Assembly: GCA_964545505.1 (NCBI GenBank)
Contig: CAZJHF010000004.1
Location: 1 to 29,823, forward strand
Direction: 5' to 3'
DNA: 29,823 bases
Source of the DNA: an uncultured Desulfobacterales bacterium
GTDB lineage: Bacteria; Desulfobacterota; Desulfobacteria; Desulfobacterales; JAHEIW01
Shown: positions 8,924-17,926 of the stretch, one piece after another
Numbering within the stretch: position 1 is the first letter of the stretch
Layout: each line of letters begins with the position of its first letter
Notes under the pieces: model-generated
Seen by the model: only the letters and a program-made list of their open reading frames with translations
Databases searched by the model: none
What the model was told of the DNA's origin: nothing
Position numbers and translations under genes: made by a program

Positions 8924-9835
8924 TTAGCAATTTCTATGGCGAATGTAGCGCGCAATAGCTCGCAATGGTTCGGCTTTTTGATCAAAGGCATCCAGCGCGG
9001 CCAAAGAATTTTCGACCAGTTGATCGGCAAATGCTTTTGATTCCGCCAGGCCCAGCAGGGCAGGGTAAGTCGTTTTGTGGCGCTGCTCATCGGTGCCAAC
9101 GGCTTTACCCATTATTTCAGGGTCGCCCTCGACATTTAAAATATCATCTGTTACCTGAAAGGCAAGTCCTATATTTTGAGCATAGCGTTCAAACATTTGA
9201 ATCTGGTCCAAATTCACGCCCGCCAGTTCTGCTCCGCAACGGACGGAGGCTTCAATCAAAGCGCCGGTTTTCAAGCGGTGCATGGATTTCAGCTCCGCCA
9301 GGGTCAACGGTTTTTGTTCTGAAGCCATATCCAGCATCTGGCCCTGAATCATACCGCAATAACCGGCAGCGTGCGAAATGTGTTGAATCACGCGCAGCCA
9401 TTTGAAGGCCTGCTCCGGTTTGTTGACGGCAATGGATGACAGCATTTGAAAAGCCAGTGTCAGCAGGGCGTCTCCAGCCAAAATGGCGGTGGCTTCATCA
9501 AAAGCGTTATGGCAGGTGGGCTGACCTCTGCGCATGTCGTCATCGTCCATCGCCGGGAGATCATCGTGAATCAGCGAATAGGTATGGATCATTTCAAGGG
9601 CGCAGGCGGCCGGCAGGACCTCCTGTGAGTCGCCATCAATCGTTTCGGCTGCCGCCAGGCATAAAATGGGTCGAATACGTTTGCCACCGGCCAGCAGCGC
9701 ATAGGACATGGCTTGCAGCAGACGATCGGGCTCATCTGCCGTTTTAAGGATGGCTTCCAGGGCCTGATTGATCCGTTGAGCGTTGTGCGCAAGGTATGCC
9801 TTCAGGTCAAACATCTTTAAATCGTTATTCGTCAC
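8924..9835 (-). CDS. ispA: Polyprenyl (farnesyl/geranylgeranyl) diphosphate synthase
   Basis: GGKRIRP, first Asp-rich motif [29 protein letters not shown] and second motif FQVTDDIL. An alternative start is ATG 9814 (MFDLKAYL). Confidence 0.95.
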   Translation of the reverse strand: MTNNDLKMFDLKAYLAHNAQRINQALEAILKTADEPDRLLQAMSYALLAGGKRIRPILCLAAAETIDGDSQEVLPAACALEMIHTYSLIHDDLPAMDDDDMRRGQPTCHNAFDEATAILAGDALLTLAFQMLSSIAVNKPEQAFKWLRVIQHISHAAGYCGMIQGQMLDMASEQKPLTLAELKSMHRLKTGALIEASVRCGAELAGVNLDQIQMFERYAQNIGLAFQVTDDILNVEGDPEIMGKAVGTDEQRHKTTYPALLGLAESKAFADQLVENSLAALDAFDQKAEPLRAIARYIRHRNC

Positions 9836-10067
9836 TCGATTCGCCTTGGGGCCTGAATGGCTTGGTAACCACCTGACCTTCGGTATTTTTTAGTAAAACA
9901 GAAACTTTTTTTTCTGTCTCGTCCAGCTTGGCCGAGCAAAACTGAGTCAGTTTTATGCCTTCTTCAAATTTTTTTATCGCCTTTTCCAGCGGCAGTTCAC
10001 CTTCCTCAAGCTCCTGCACAATGCGTTCAAGCTGTTTCATGGATTGTTCAAATGTTTTTTGGGCCAT
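9825..10067 (-). CDS. xseB: Exodeoxyribonuclease VII small subunit
   Basis: TFEQSMKQLERIVQELEEGELPLEKAIKKFEEGIKL motif, located between xseA and ispA. Confidence 0.96.
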   Translation of the reverse strand: MAQKTFEQSMKQLERIVQELEEGELPLEKAIKKFEEGIKLTQFCSAKLDETEKKVSVLLKNTEGQVVTKPFRPQGESSDE

Positions 10068-11430
10068 TTTTTAACTTTTCCTTTACCCTGCAAATCAGCG
10101 CGCCTCTGGATACGATGACCTCCAGTTCCTGATGGACCGCAACCGTTTCCGGATCCAACACAATTTTAGCCTGCGGTACGGTACGGGTGATACTATAACC
10201 GCGTTCTAAAATAGCAATGGGGTTCAATGCATCCAACCGGGCGTTTAATTCCCGCAGATGAGCCAATTTATTTTGTCTATTTTTATTATATAATTCAAAT
10301 AGCTTATCAAAGTTTTTATCAATTATCGCTTTAGAATTTTTAAGCCGGGATAGAGGACTATTCATCAACAACTTGTCCTGCCGCCATTGCAGCCGTTCGT
10401 TTTTGCGCGTCAAAATCGATCTAGTTTGACGGCTTAAACGCGCTGTAAGGTCATCCAATCGCAAGCGCCAATCCTGGGACTTTTTACGCGGGTCTGCAAG
10501 GCGTTTGGCCGTATCGAGCAGCGTGCGCCGCAAGCCCTCAATGCGGGTGATCATTCGATAGTGCAAATCAGCTGAAAAATTTTTAACAATTTGTAATAAT
10601 TCTTGTTTTACAGGTAATAGCAATTCAGCTGCTGCCGAGGGTGTTGGGGCTCTCAAATCTGCTACGAAATCGGCTATGGTGTAATCGGTTTCATGACCGA
10701 CAGCTGAAATGAGCGGTACATCGCAAGCGTAAATGGCGCGGGCGACCGTTTCGCTGTTAAAGGCCTGTAAGTCCTCCAAGGATCCGCCGCCCCGGGCTAA
10801 AATGGCTGCATCAAAGCCCGCCTGTTGATCGAGCAGGTCCAGGGCAGCCACGATTTCGTCTTCAGCACCATCGCCTTGAACCTTCACCGGCAATATCTGA
10901 ACATCTACGTTTGCATAGCGCCGTTCAAAAATAGTGAGGATATCGTGTACCACCGCACCGGCTGGCGAGGTGATCAGTGCAATTTTTTGCGGTAAAAACG
11001 GTATGGGCTGTTTATATTGATCCTCAAACAGGCCTTCTTGTGCCAGACCGGACTTCAATTTTTCATAAGCGATCTGCAGGGCGCCAATGCCTGAGGGCTC
11101 CATGTATTCCAAGATGATCTGGTAAGACCCGCGGGGTTCATAAACGCTCAGACGTCCCATTCCGGTAACGCGCATGCCATCTTCCGGTTCAAATTTCAGC
11201 TGACGCTGCTGACCGCGAAACATGACAGCCGTGATCTGTGAATCCGCATCTTTGAGGGTAAAATAAAAATGACCGGATAAAGGGGTCCGAAAATTTGAAA
11301 TTTCACCAACAATCCAAATGAATGGAAACGTTTCTTCAAGTAGCGCTTTAATTTGATCCGTGAGCTCTGAAACCGTGTAAATTTTACGGATCTGTTCTTT
11401 TTCTTCAAATTCGTCAAACAGGTCGTTCAT
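10048..11430 (-). CDS. xseA: Exodeoxyribonuclease VII large subunit
   Basis: YTVSEL, GEISNF...SGHFYFTLKD, ARGGGSLEDL, SAVGHETD, DLRAPTPSAAAE and LNPIAILERGYSI. Confidence 0.97.
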   Translation of the reverse strand: MNDLFDEFEEKEQIRKIYTVSELTDQIKALLEETFPFIWIVGEISNFRTPLSGHFYFTLKDADSQITAVMFRGQQRQLKFEPEDGMRVTGMGRLSVYEPRGSYQIILEYMEPSGIGALQIAYEKLKSGLAQEGLFEDQYKQPIPFLPQKIALITSPAGAVVHDILTIFERRYANVDVQILPVKVQGDGAEDEIVAALDLLDQQAGFDAAILARGGGSLEDLQAFNSETVARAIYACDVPLISAVGHETDYTIADFVADLRAPTPSAAAELLLPVKQELLQIVKNFSADLHYRMITRIEGLRRTLLDTAKRLADPRKKSQDWRLRLDDLTARLSRQTRSILTRKNERLQWRQDKLLMNSPLSRLKNSKAIIDKNFDKLFELYNKNRQNKLAHLRELNARLDALNPIAILERGYSITRTVPQAKIVLDPETVAVHQELEVIVSRGALICRVKEKLKNGPKNI

Positions 11431-11600
11431 GGGGTTATGATTTCAGCGGTCATTTTTACATTGTCGATAGATTGCCGGACAATGGGCTTTTTTATTTTAT
11501 TCAACGTCCGATAAGTTATATTATGTAAACTTTTAGCCAAGCCTGCGCCAGTGCCCGGTTTTTGAGACCCATATTTGGCCACATCGCCCTTTTGCAGCCC

Positions 11601-11870
11601 TCAGTGAGACCCGTATTTCTCAAGCAATTCCCGAACGGCTGGTATAATGTACAGGTCTTCATGCGGTCTGTTCGCCAGTTGCGTGGCCAGGATTTGGGTT
11701 TTTTCAGCAATAGACTTGTGTTTGTCCATAACAAACATCTGTTGGCCCCGGACTTTGCAGAAACCGCTTTTGACCTTGAAACCTGTCGTTTTCAGGTTCT
11801 GCTCTGAAACCGTTATCTGCAATCGCTCGGCCAAGTCTATCAGTTCTTGATACAATTGATCGGGTTTCAT
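11601..11870 (-). CDS. Small hypothetical protein (89 aa)
   Basis: Compact ATG-started ORF with globular composition, in the same orientation as and directly upstream of xseA, filling an otherwise empty gap. Confidence 0.8.
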   Translation of the reverse strand: MKPDQLYQELIDLAERLQITVSEQNLKTTGFKVKSGFCKVRGQQMFVMDKHKSIAEKTQILATQLANRPHEDLYIIPAVRELLEKYGSH

Positions 11871-11890
11871 TTTTTAAGATACAGCAAGTC

Positions 11891-11918
11891 TTGAAAATGG
11901 CGTCTGATGTGTTATTAT
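11891..11918 (+). promoter_or_regulatory. Putative sigma70 promoter of the BI-1/YccA gene
   Basis: TTGAAA (11891-11896), 16-nt spacer, TG-n-TATTAT extended -10 (11913-11918). RBS AGGAGG at 11943-11948. Confidence 0.5.
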
Positions 11919-11954
11919 GTATTTTCAACAAACTAAACCATTAGGAGGCCATAA

Positions 11955-12656
11955 ATGCAACCCATATCAACAAATCAGACCCAAGTCCAGGTCCGTGTAA
12001 ATGATTTTATACGCAGTGTTTACAACTGGATGGCAATTGGCCTGGCGCTGACCGGTCTGGTGGCGTTTTATATTGCCAACACCCCCGAGCTTTTAGCGCT
12101 TATTTTTCGTAATCAGATGCTTTTTTTCGGCCTTATCATTGCTGAACTGGCCCTGGTATTTGTAATCAGCGCCCGCATTCAGCGCATGCAAGCATCAACC
12201 GCCACCGGGTTGTTTATCCTGTATTCAGTTTTAAACGGTGTAACCCTTTCGTTTGTCTTTCTGATTTACACCCGTGCTTCCATTGCATCAACTTTTTTTG
12301 TTTGCGCGGCCACTTTTGTGGCCTGCAGCATCTATGGCTGGACCACAAAACGCGATTTGACGTCCATGGGCGGCTTTTTGATGATGGGCCTCATTGGCAT
12401 TATTATCGCTTCGGTGGTCAATATATTCGTTCGCAGCTCTGCCATGCACATGATCATCAGCTATATCGGGGTGCTGGTTTTTGTCGGTCTGACTGCCTAT
12501 GATACCCAGAATCTTAAAGCCATGGCTGTCTCGCAACCGGCAGATGTTGGTGCCAGCGCCGTGCGCAAAGGCGCCATTTTGGGGGCCTTGAAACTGTATC
12601 TGGACTTTATCAACCTGTTTCTGATGTTGCTGCGCATACTCGGCAACCGCGAATAA
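11955..12656 (+). CDS. Bax inhibitor-1/YccA (YbhL-like) family membrane protein
   Basis: About seven hydrophobic segments, with FIRSVYNWM, YGWTTKRDLTSMG, GLTAYDTQNLK and ALKLYLDFINLFL. Strong RBS. Confidence 0.93.
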   Translation: MQPISTNQTQVQVRVNDFIRSVYNWMAIGLALTGLVAFYIANTPELLALIFRNQMLFFGLIIAELALVFVISARIQRMQASTATGLFILYSVLNGVTLSFVFLIYTRASIASTFFVCAATFVACSIYGWTTKRDLTSMGGFLMMGLIGIIIASVVNIFVRSSAMHMIISYIGVLVFVGLTAYDTQNLKAMAVSQPADVGASAVRKGAILGALKLYLDFINLFLMLLRILGNRE

Positions 12657-12692
12657 TTGCCGTCTAAAAACGGCTACTATCAAATAGTTTTA

Positions 12693-12771
12693 ACCACAGA
12701 GCCCACAGAGATCACAGAGAATTTTATAAAGTTGGTTTTTCGATCTCTGCGGGCTCTGTGTTCTCTGTGAA
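12693..12771. repeat. Palindromic element C: 9-bp tandem-repeat arms (NNCACAGAG / CTCTGYGNN), 25-nt spacer
   Basis: Left: accacagag cccacagag atcacagag (12693-12719). Right: ctctgcggg ctctgtgtt ctctgtgaa (12745-12771). Lies between convergent genes and ends 5 nt from the glmM stop. Confidence 0.9.
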
Positions 12772-12776
12772 AAATT

Positions 12777-14135
12777 CTAGCCCAGGGTGGTTTTGACGAC
12801 GTCGGCGATTTGCTGGCAGTAAGCCCGGGTCTCTTCTTCGCGGGGTCCCTCAACCATAACCCGGCACAGCGGCTGTGTCCCTGAATAACGCACCAGCACC
12901 CTGCCCTTGTCGCCCAGCTGTGCCTCCACCGCGCGTATCACTTCCATGAGCTGCGGTACGCTTTCAATCTCAGGCTTATGTTGAACGTCCATATTCAGCA
13001 GAACCTGCGGCAATACGGTCATGACGCGACGCAATTCCGATAGTTTCTTTTTCTCATCGCGCATGCTATCCATCAAGCGGATGGCCGTCAGCATGCCATC
13101 TCCGGTGGTATGCCGGTCGAGAAATATCATATGGCCGGAATCTTCACCACCGATAACGGCGTCCCTGGCACGCATCTGTTCCAGGACATAACGATCACCC
13201 ACTGCGGTCATTATATGATCAATACCCATATCCTTGAGTGCCAGGCGCAATCCCAGATTGCTCATGACGGTGCTGATCACCAGATTATTTCGCAACAGAC
13301 CCTTACGCTTTAAATTGCGGGCACAAATCGCCAGGGTGCGATCGCCGCTGACCACCTGCCCCTGCTCATCGACGGCCACCAAACGGTCACCATCGCCGTC
13401 AAAGGCCAGCCCGACATCGGCTTTTTGGGTCAGAACCCTGTCGATTAACCCATCAGGGTGCTCTGAACCGCAATCCGCGTTGATATTACGACCGTTGGGT
13501 TCAATGCTGATGGCTTCAACCGCAGCACCCAGATCGCGAAATAATCGGGGGGCCATTGCATAGGTTGCGCCATTGGAACAATCCAAAACAACCTTCATCC
13601 CGTTAAATGGCGTTGGGCCCGGCAGGCTGTTTTTCAGAAATTCAAGGTAACGTTCAGATGCATCTGTCAACCGTTTCACCTTGCCTCTGATGCGCTGGTT
13701 TTTGCCGGCTGGGTCTGGGTCACCCTGGCTTTCGGCCTGCATGAGGCCTTCAATCTCATCTTCCTTGGCATCTGGAAGCTTGTATCCATCAGCATCGAAT
13801 AATTTAATGCCATTGTCGGTATACGGATTATGCGAGGCTGAAATCACAATACCGGCCGCAGCATCACCGCCTGCTACCAGACAGGCAATGGCCGGTGTGG
13901 ATATGATGCCGGCCAGAAACACATCGGCACCAACGGAACAGATACCGTCTGCCAGCGCTTTTTCGATCATCGTGCCGGACTGACGCGTATCTTTGCCAAT
14001 GATAATTTTCGTTTGACGGACGGGTCTGTGAAAAAAAGAGGCCATCGCCCGGCCGACCTGATAAGACCCTTCGGCAGTTAACGGATATTCGTTGGCGACG
14101 CCCCGGATACCATCGGTGCCAAATAGTCTACCCAT
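12777..14135 (-). CDS. glmM: Phosphoglucosamine mutase
   Basis: LFGTDGIRG, phosphoserine loop ISASHNP...NGIK, metal loop FDGDGDR, VGDRYV, GGEDSGH and VRYSGTQPLCRVMVEG. Confidence 0.95.
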   Translation of the reverse strand: MGRLFGTDGIRGVANEYPLTAEGSYQVGRAMASFFHRPVRQTKIIIGKDTRQSGTMIEKALADGICSVGADVFLAGIISTPAIACLVAGGDAAAGIVISASHNPYTDNGIKLFDADGYKLPDAKEDEIEGLMQAESQGDPDPAGKNQRIRGKVKRLTDASERYLEFLKNSLPGPTPFNGMKVVLDCSNGATYAMAPRLFRDLGAAVEAISIEPNGRNINADCGSEHPDGLIDRVLTQKADVGLAFDGDGDRLVAVDEQGQVVSGDRTLAICARNLKRKGLLRNNLVISTVMSNLGLRLALKDMGIDHIMTAVGDRYVLEQMRARDAVIGGEDSGHMIFLDRHTTGDGMLTAIRLMDSMRDEKKKLSELRRVMTVLPQVLLNMDVQHKPEIESVPQLMEVIRAVEAQLGDKGRVLVRYSGTQPLCRVMVEGPREEETRAYCQQIADVVKTTLG

Positions 14136-14246
14136 TGGTTACCTCAATAGTCTGTAAGGAGTTACGGTAATGGTCTAAAACGGCTGAATACCGCATTGCA
14201 GGACAATTCAATCCAAGTCCCCCCCCTGGTGAATGTAAGGCAATCC

Positions 14247-15494
14247 TTATTTGAAAGACGGAATGATAGTTAAGGCACTCTTGACTATATGATCAACGAT
14301 CGCCTGGAGCCAGGCAGTCGCCAAATCGCCTTCGGATTTCGATAACTGCTGGATGACCGCGATGTAATCCAGGCCGCTTTTTTTGATGCCCTTGTGAACG
14401 GCCTCCAGAAAAGCATCCCGGTTGCTTACATCTGTGCTGATGTTCTGATAGGAGCCAAATAAATCCGCTAGCTGCGTCCAATTGGCGATGAGTTCCTGAC
14501 GTCGTTTTGTGTTGAGAGATGTTGATGCAGCCCGGCCATTCGGCGGCTGGGACGAATCATCATCATTTTTAAAGCAGAAACCCTCAAGGCGATTAATGCG
14601 TTCTGATATCGCCCAATTGAGTTTTTCTTTGAGCCCGGCCAGCACCAACTCCGAGAAATTCTCTGAAATAAACTGGCTGCGAACGTGGCAATACCACTGA
14701 TATAAAGCGATCAGATTGGCAATGTAAACCAGATTGTTGACAACTGTGCGGCGATCATTTCCGATTTTGCCGGACTGATATGACACATTGCCTTCTTTGG
14801 CTGATCCGCCGAGTATGAGGCGCCCGGGTCGGTGTTCATCTATGCGTAAGATCGTTCCGGCAGCCACCGTGGTTCCGTAAGTCAGCCGGCAGGGGCCCAC
14901 CAGCCCTCCCTGCCCGCCTAAGAATATGGGGGGCTGATTGATCAGGACCCCCTGGGGCACATCGCCGATCAAAGAGGCCGTCGCTTTATCCTGATTGGGG
15001 GTAAAGTTAAAATGGATATAAGAACTGCCGACTTCACTGTGATTCTTGCGGTTGGTACCACCGGCCATCAGGCAGTCACAAAAATTGATCAAACTACCAA
15101 GGGTAACAAATGGAAAAAGAATCGTGTGCTTGGTGCCGACGGTGTGGGCGATACTGGCCTGTTCTTCGAAAATACTGGCTTCACGCACGTGTGCGCCCGG
15201 CCCGGCCTTGGATTTTGCCAGAAAAACGGCCTTTTCAAAAAAGCCGCCCTTCAACTCAACGCCGGCACCCATCTGGCAATCTTTAACCGTGGCCGGCCCT
15301 TCGAACCCGATTTTCACGTTCCGGGAAATAACGGTGGAGTCACCGAAAATTTTAGACCCGGCGTAAAGCACGACGCCGTCTGCACAAATATGGTCTACGT
15401 TGACTTCTTCGCCGATTTGAATGCTATGCGGGCAGTCAATCCGAACCCCTTTCTCGATCAGCTGGTGTACTTTTGATTTTTTGGAAGGCGTCAT
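14247..15494 (-). CDS. GlmU-like left-handed beta-helix (hexapeptide) protein lacking the uridyltransferase domain
   Basis: The N-terminus (QLIEKGVRIDCPHSIQI) corresponds to the GlmU linker/LbH start. GPGAHVRE, VGTKHT, GSLINFCD, HFNFTPNQDKAT and LVGPCRLTYGTTVAAGT parallel the GlmU C-terminal domain. No GxGxRx(6)K nucleotidyltransferase motif is present. Confidence 0.75.
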   Translation of the reverse strand: MTPSKKSKVHQLIEKGVRIDCPHSIQIGEEVNVDHICADGVVLYAGSKIFGDSTVISRNVKIGFEGPATVKDCQMGAGVELKGGFFEKAVFLAKSKAGPGAHVREASIFEEQASIAHTVGTKHTILFPFVTLGSLINFCDCLMAGGTNRKNHSEVGSSYIHFNFTPNQDKATASLIGDVPQGVLINQPPIFLGGQGGLVGPCRLTYGTTVAAGTILRIDEHRPGRLILGGSAKEGNVSYQSGKIGNDRRTVVNNLVYIANLIALYQWYCHVRSQFISENFSELVLAGLKEKLNWAISERINRLEGFCFKNDDDSSQPPNGRAASTSLNTKRRQELIANWTQLADLFGSYQNISTDVSNRDAFLEAVHKGIKKSGLDYIAVIQQLSKSEGDLATAWLQAIVDHIVKSALTIIPSFK

Positions 15495-15550
15495 CGCGCA
15501 ACCTCAATCCGGATGGGTCTTTACTGCAAATATACCAAATGGCCACGGCG

Positions 15551-17236
15551 CTAGAGCGTGGCCTTATCTTTTTGTCTGACCTGTTCCTTAATTCGTTGAA
15601 TGTGCCCGCGCCCCAGACCTTTTACTTCGCATCCGAGTTCAAAATATCGGCGAATTTTTTTATCATCCAGAATACCAAAACAATCGATGATTGCAGCGGG
15701 ACGGCCAATCAACTCTACGACCGCCTCGGGTTCAAGTTCCAGGTATTCCTGATGGCGAACGGCAAAAATGACGGCATCAGCAAACGACAGTACTTGTGAC
15801 AGGTCGCTTTCAACCTGGATTTCATCCAACCGATCCTGATTGCGGAAAAAACGACTCATTGAATGATTCGGTCCCGGATAGGTATCCTGTTTTTCAAGTT
15901 CCCACCAGCGTTTGACATAGGGGTCATTAACAGCGATTTCAGCGCCCATTTCAGCTAATTTGCGAACGATGATCTCCGAGCCGCTATAGCGTGTATCGCC
16001 CACACCTTCACGATAGGCTGCCCCTAATAAGACAACCTTTGATGCCGCGACAATTTTACCCATGTTGCGCAACGCATCCCGCACCAGTTGTGGTACCCGC
16101 AATGAACGCGAGTCGTTGATATCGATGGCTGCCGGTGTGATTTTAAATACATTGTCTTCAAATCCCATCAGGGTATGGTACGCCCACACCCCCAGGCCGC
16201 CGTCTTTGGGCAAGCAATAGCCACCAATACCCGGGCCGGGGAAAATTATATTGGAGTGGGTCGGCCGGACCTTAATAGCTTCAATTACCTTGATCAGATC
16301 CACCCCATTGCGTTCGGCAAAAACACTCCATTCATCCAGAAAAGCCAGCAGCGTGGCCCGAAAAGAATTTTCCACGATTTTGCAGGTTTCACTTTCAATC
16401 GGCCGATCCAACACCGTCAGCGGATATTGTTCGACATTTAATATTTCCGATAAAAACTCGCGCACGCGTTTTCGCGCCCTTTCGTTGATGCCGCTGCATA
16501 CCCGCCAGAAATCACGTACCGAGGCAACATAATTACGACCCGGCATAACGCGTTCAAAGGAATGGGATAAAAGGGGCTCTGTGTCGGTCAAGCCTCTTTT
16601 TTCAAATGCCTTCTTAACGATGGGATAGGCCACATATTCCGTTGTGCCTGGTGGTACGGTGGTTTCAATTAAAACAAGACACTCGGGGCTGATCTTTTCG
16701 CCGATAATTTTCAGACTGTCTTCAAGCGCCGCAATATCGGCATGACCCTGTCGGACGTTGCCGAAGGTTTCCTTAAAATAGTCGCATTGCACATCCACAA
16801 CGACCACATCGGCCAGACGCAGCGCATCAAAGGTATAGGTGGCGATCAATGTTTTTTTCTGCTTGACGCAACGTTCGATCAGAGGGGCGACTTCGGGGTC
16901 TTCAGCTTCGACCGGTGCAATGCCTCTGTTAATATAAGGTATTTTCCAGTACGATCGCGTTGACGGTCGCTGCATGCCAATGACAAATTTGCTGGGGTTG
17001 CCTTCCGCATCAACCGAATCGGCCACAACACCGGCCATCACGGCCCCGACAAAGCCTACCCCCATCACCACGACGATCTCCCTGCCCTTCAAGCGCTCCT
17101 CTTCAACACGGCGCTGGAGATTTTTAAATTCTTTTTGATAGTCTTTTTCATCAGGAAGTTTGAAAATCTCGCCACGCGGGCAAACTGAAACCGGTTCATC
17201 GCTACGCGTATTCTGCTGCTGTTTTGAAACCTGCAT
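15551..17236 (-). CDS. Nucleotide-sugar dehydrogenase (UDP-glucose/GDP-mannose/UDP-HexNAc dehydrogenase family)
   Basis: Rossmann GVGFVG, IETTVPPGTT, KIVEN, catalytic-Cys loop GPGIGGYCLPKD, and LGAAYR...GDTRYS. ATG 17236 is preferred over 17242 because GGAG lies 7 nt upstream. Confidence 0.9.
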   Translation of the reverse strand: MQVSKQQQNTRSDEPVSVCPRGEIFKLPDEKDYQKEFKNLQRRVEEERLKGREIVVVMGVGFVGAVMAGVVADSVDAEGNPSKFVIGMQRPSTRSYWKIPYINRGIAPVEAEDPEVAPLIERCVKQKKTLIATYTFDALRLADVVVVDVQCDYFKETFGNVRQGHADIAALEDSLKIIGEKISPECLVLIETTVPPGTTEYVAYPIVKKAFEKRGLTDTEPLLSHSFERVMPGRNYVASVRDFWRVCSGINERARKRVREFLSEILNVEQYPLTVLDRPIESETCKIVENSFRATLLAFLDEWSVFAERNGVDLIKVIEAIKVRPTHSNIIFPGPGIGGYCLPKDGGLGVWAYHTLMGFEDNVFKITPAAIDINDSRSLRVPQLVRDALRNMGKIVAASKVVLLGAAYREGVGDTRYSGSEIIVRKLAEMGAEIAVNDPYVKRWWELEKQDTYPGPNHSMSRFFRNQDRLDEIQVESDLSQVLSFADAVIFAVRHQEYLELEPEAVVELIGRPAAIIDCFGILDDKKIRRYFELGCEVKGLGRGHIQRIKEQVRQKDKATL

Positions 17237-17530
17237 AAACATTCTCCGTTCACGGTTTAAAGGACTAAATTTAATGGGTATGTGAATAAATTGCCAACGT
17301 TTTTTGAGATTCTAACATAAGCAATTCATAAAGCAAAGATAAATTGCATTTGACGGGCAAGAATGCCATTCTTTTGATTGTTTAAAAACGAAGTTATTTC
17401 AATATGTTATAAGATATATTTGTTTTTTGTTATTGAAAGACCGCCCAAGTTATGATCTAATATGAACAGCTGGTTTCAATTGATAGGAAAGTTGTAATGG
17501 CCTAATTGACTGAGAAAGGAAGCGAGTTTA

Positions 17531-17926
17531 ATGGCACGCATACTGATTATTGATGACGAATCTCAGATTCGATCGATGCTTCGATTGATGCTGGAAAGGG
17601 TCGGCTATGAGGTTATTGAGGCCGCCGACGGTATGGACGGGATCAGGCAATACCGAGATAATCCAGCTGATCTGATCATCACTGATCTGATAATGCCGAA
17701 TAAAGACGGCATTGGCATGATCATCGAACTTAAAAAAGAGTTTCCCAAGGTGAAAATAATCGCCATGTCCGGCGGCGGCGTAAACCGACCCGAGGGCTAT
17801 CTGGATGGTGCCAAAAAACTGGGCGCCACACGTACGCTGACAAAACCGATTGATCGAGATGAAATGATTGACGCTGTAACGGAGACCCTAAAAGCCGACG
17901 CGGCTTCTGCTGAGCCGCCAGTTTGA
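17531..17926 (+). CDS. Stand-alone CheY-like response regulator
   Basis: ILIIDDE, phospho-acceptor LIITDLIMP, IIAMSG and conserved TKP. No output domain. Confidence 0.93.
   Translation: MARILIIDDESQIRSMLRLMLERVGYEVIEAADGMDGIRQYRDNPADLIITDLIMPNKDGIGMIIELKKEFPKVKIIAMSGGGVNRPEGYLDGAKKLGATRTLTKPIDRDEMIDAVTETLKADAASAEPPV

Noticed and set aside
8899-9099. ORF-track N-terminal extension of dxs (707 aa)
   Set aside because: It overlaps ispA in another frame and is not DXS-like. TTG 8898 with a GGAG RBS gives a normal 640-aa protein.
6133-11430. xseA-xseB-ispA-dxs-tlyA cluster as novel
   Set aside because: This is a well-known conserved gene neighbourhood.
17397-17409. IHF-like site TTTCAA-TATG-TTA in the AT-rich divergent gap
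   Set aside because: It has one mismatch to WATCAANNNNTTR in an AT-rich region where chance matches are likely, and no correctly spaced sigma54 GG-N10-GC promoter was found nearby.
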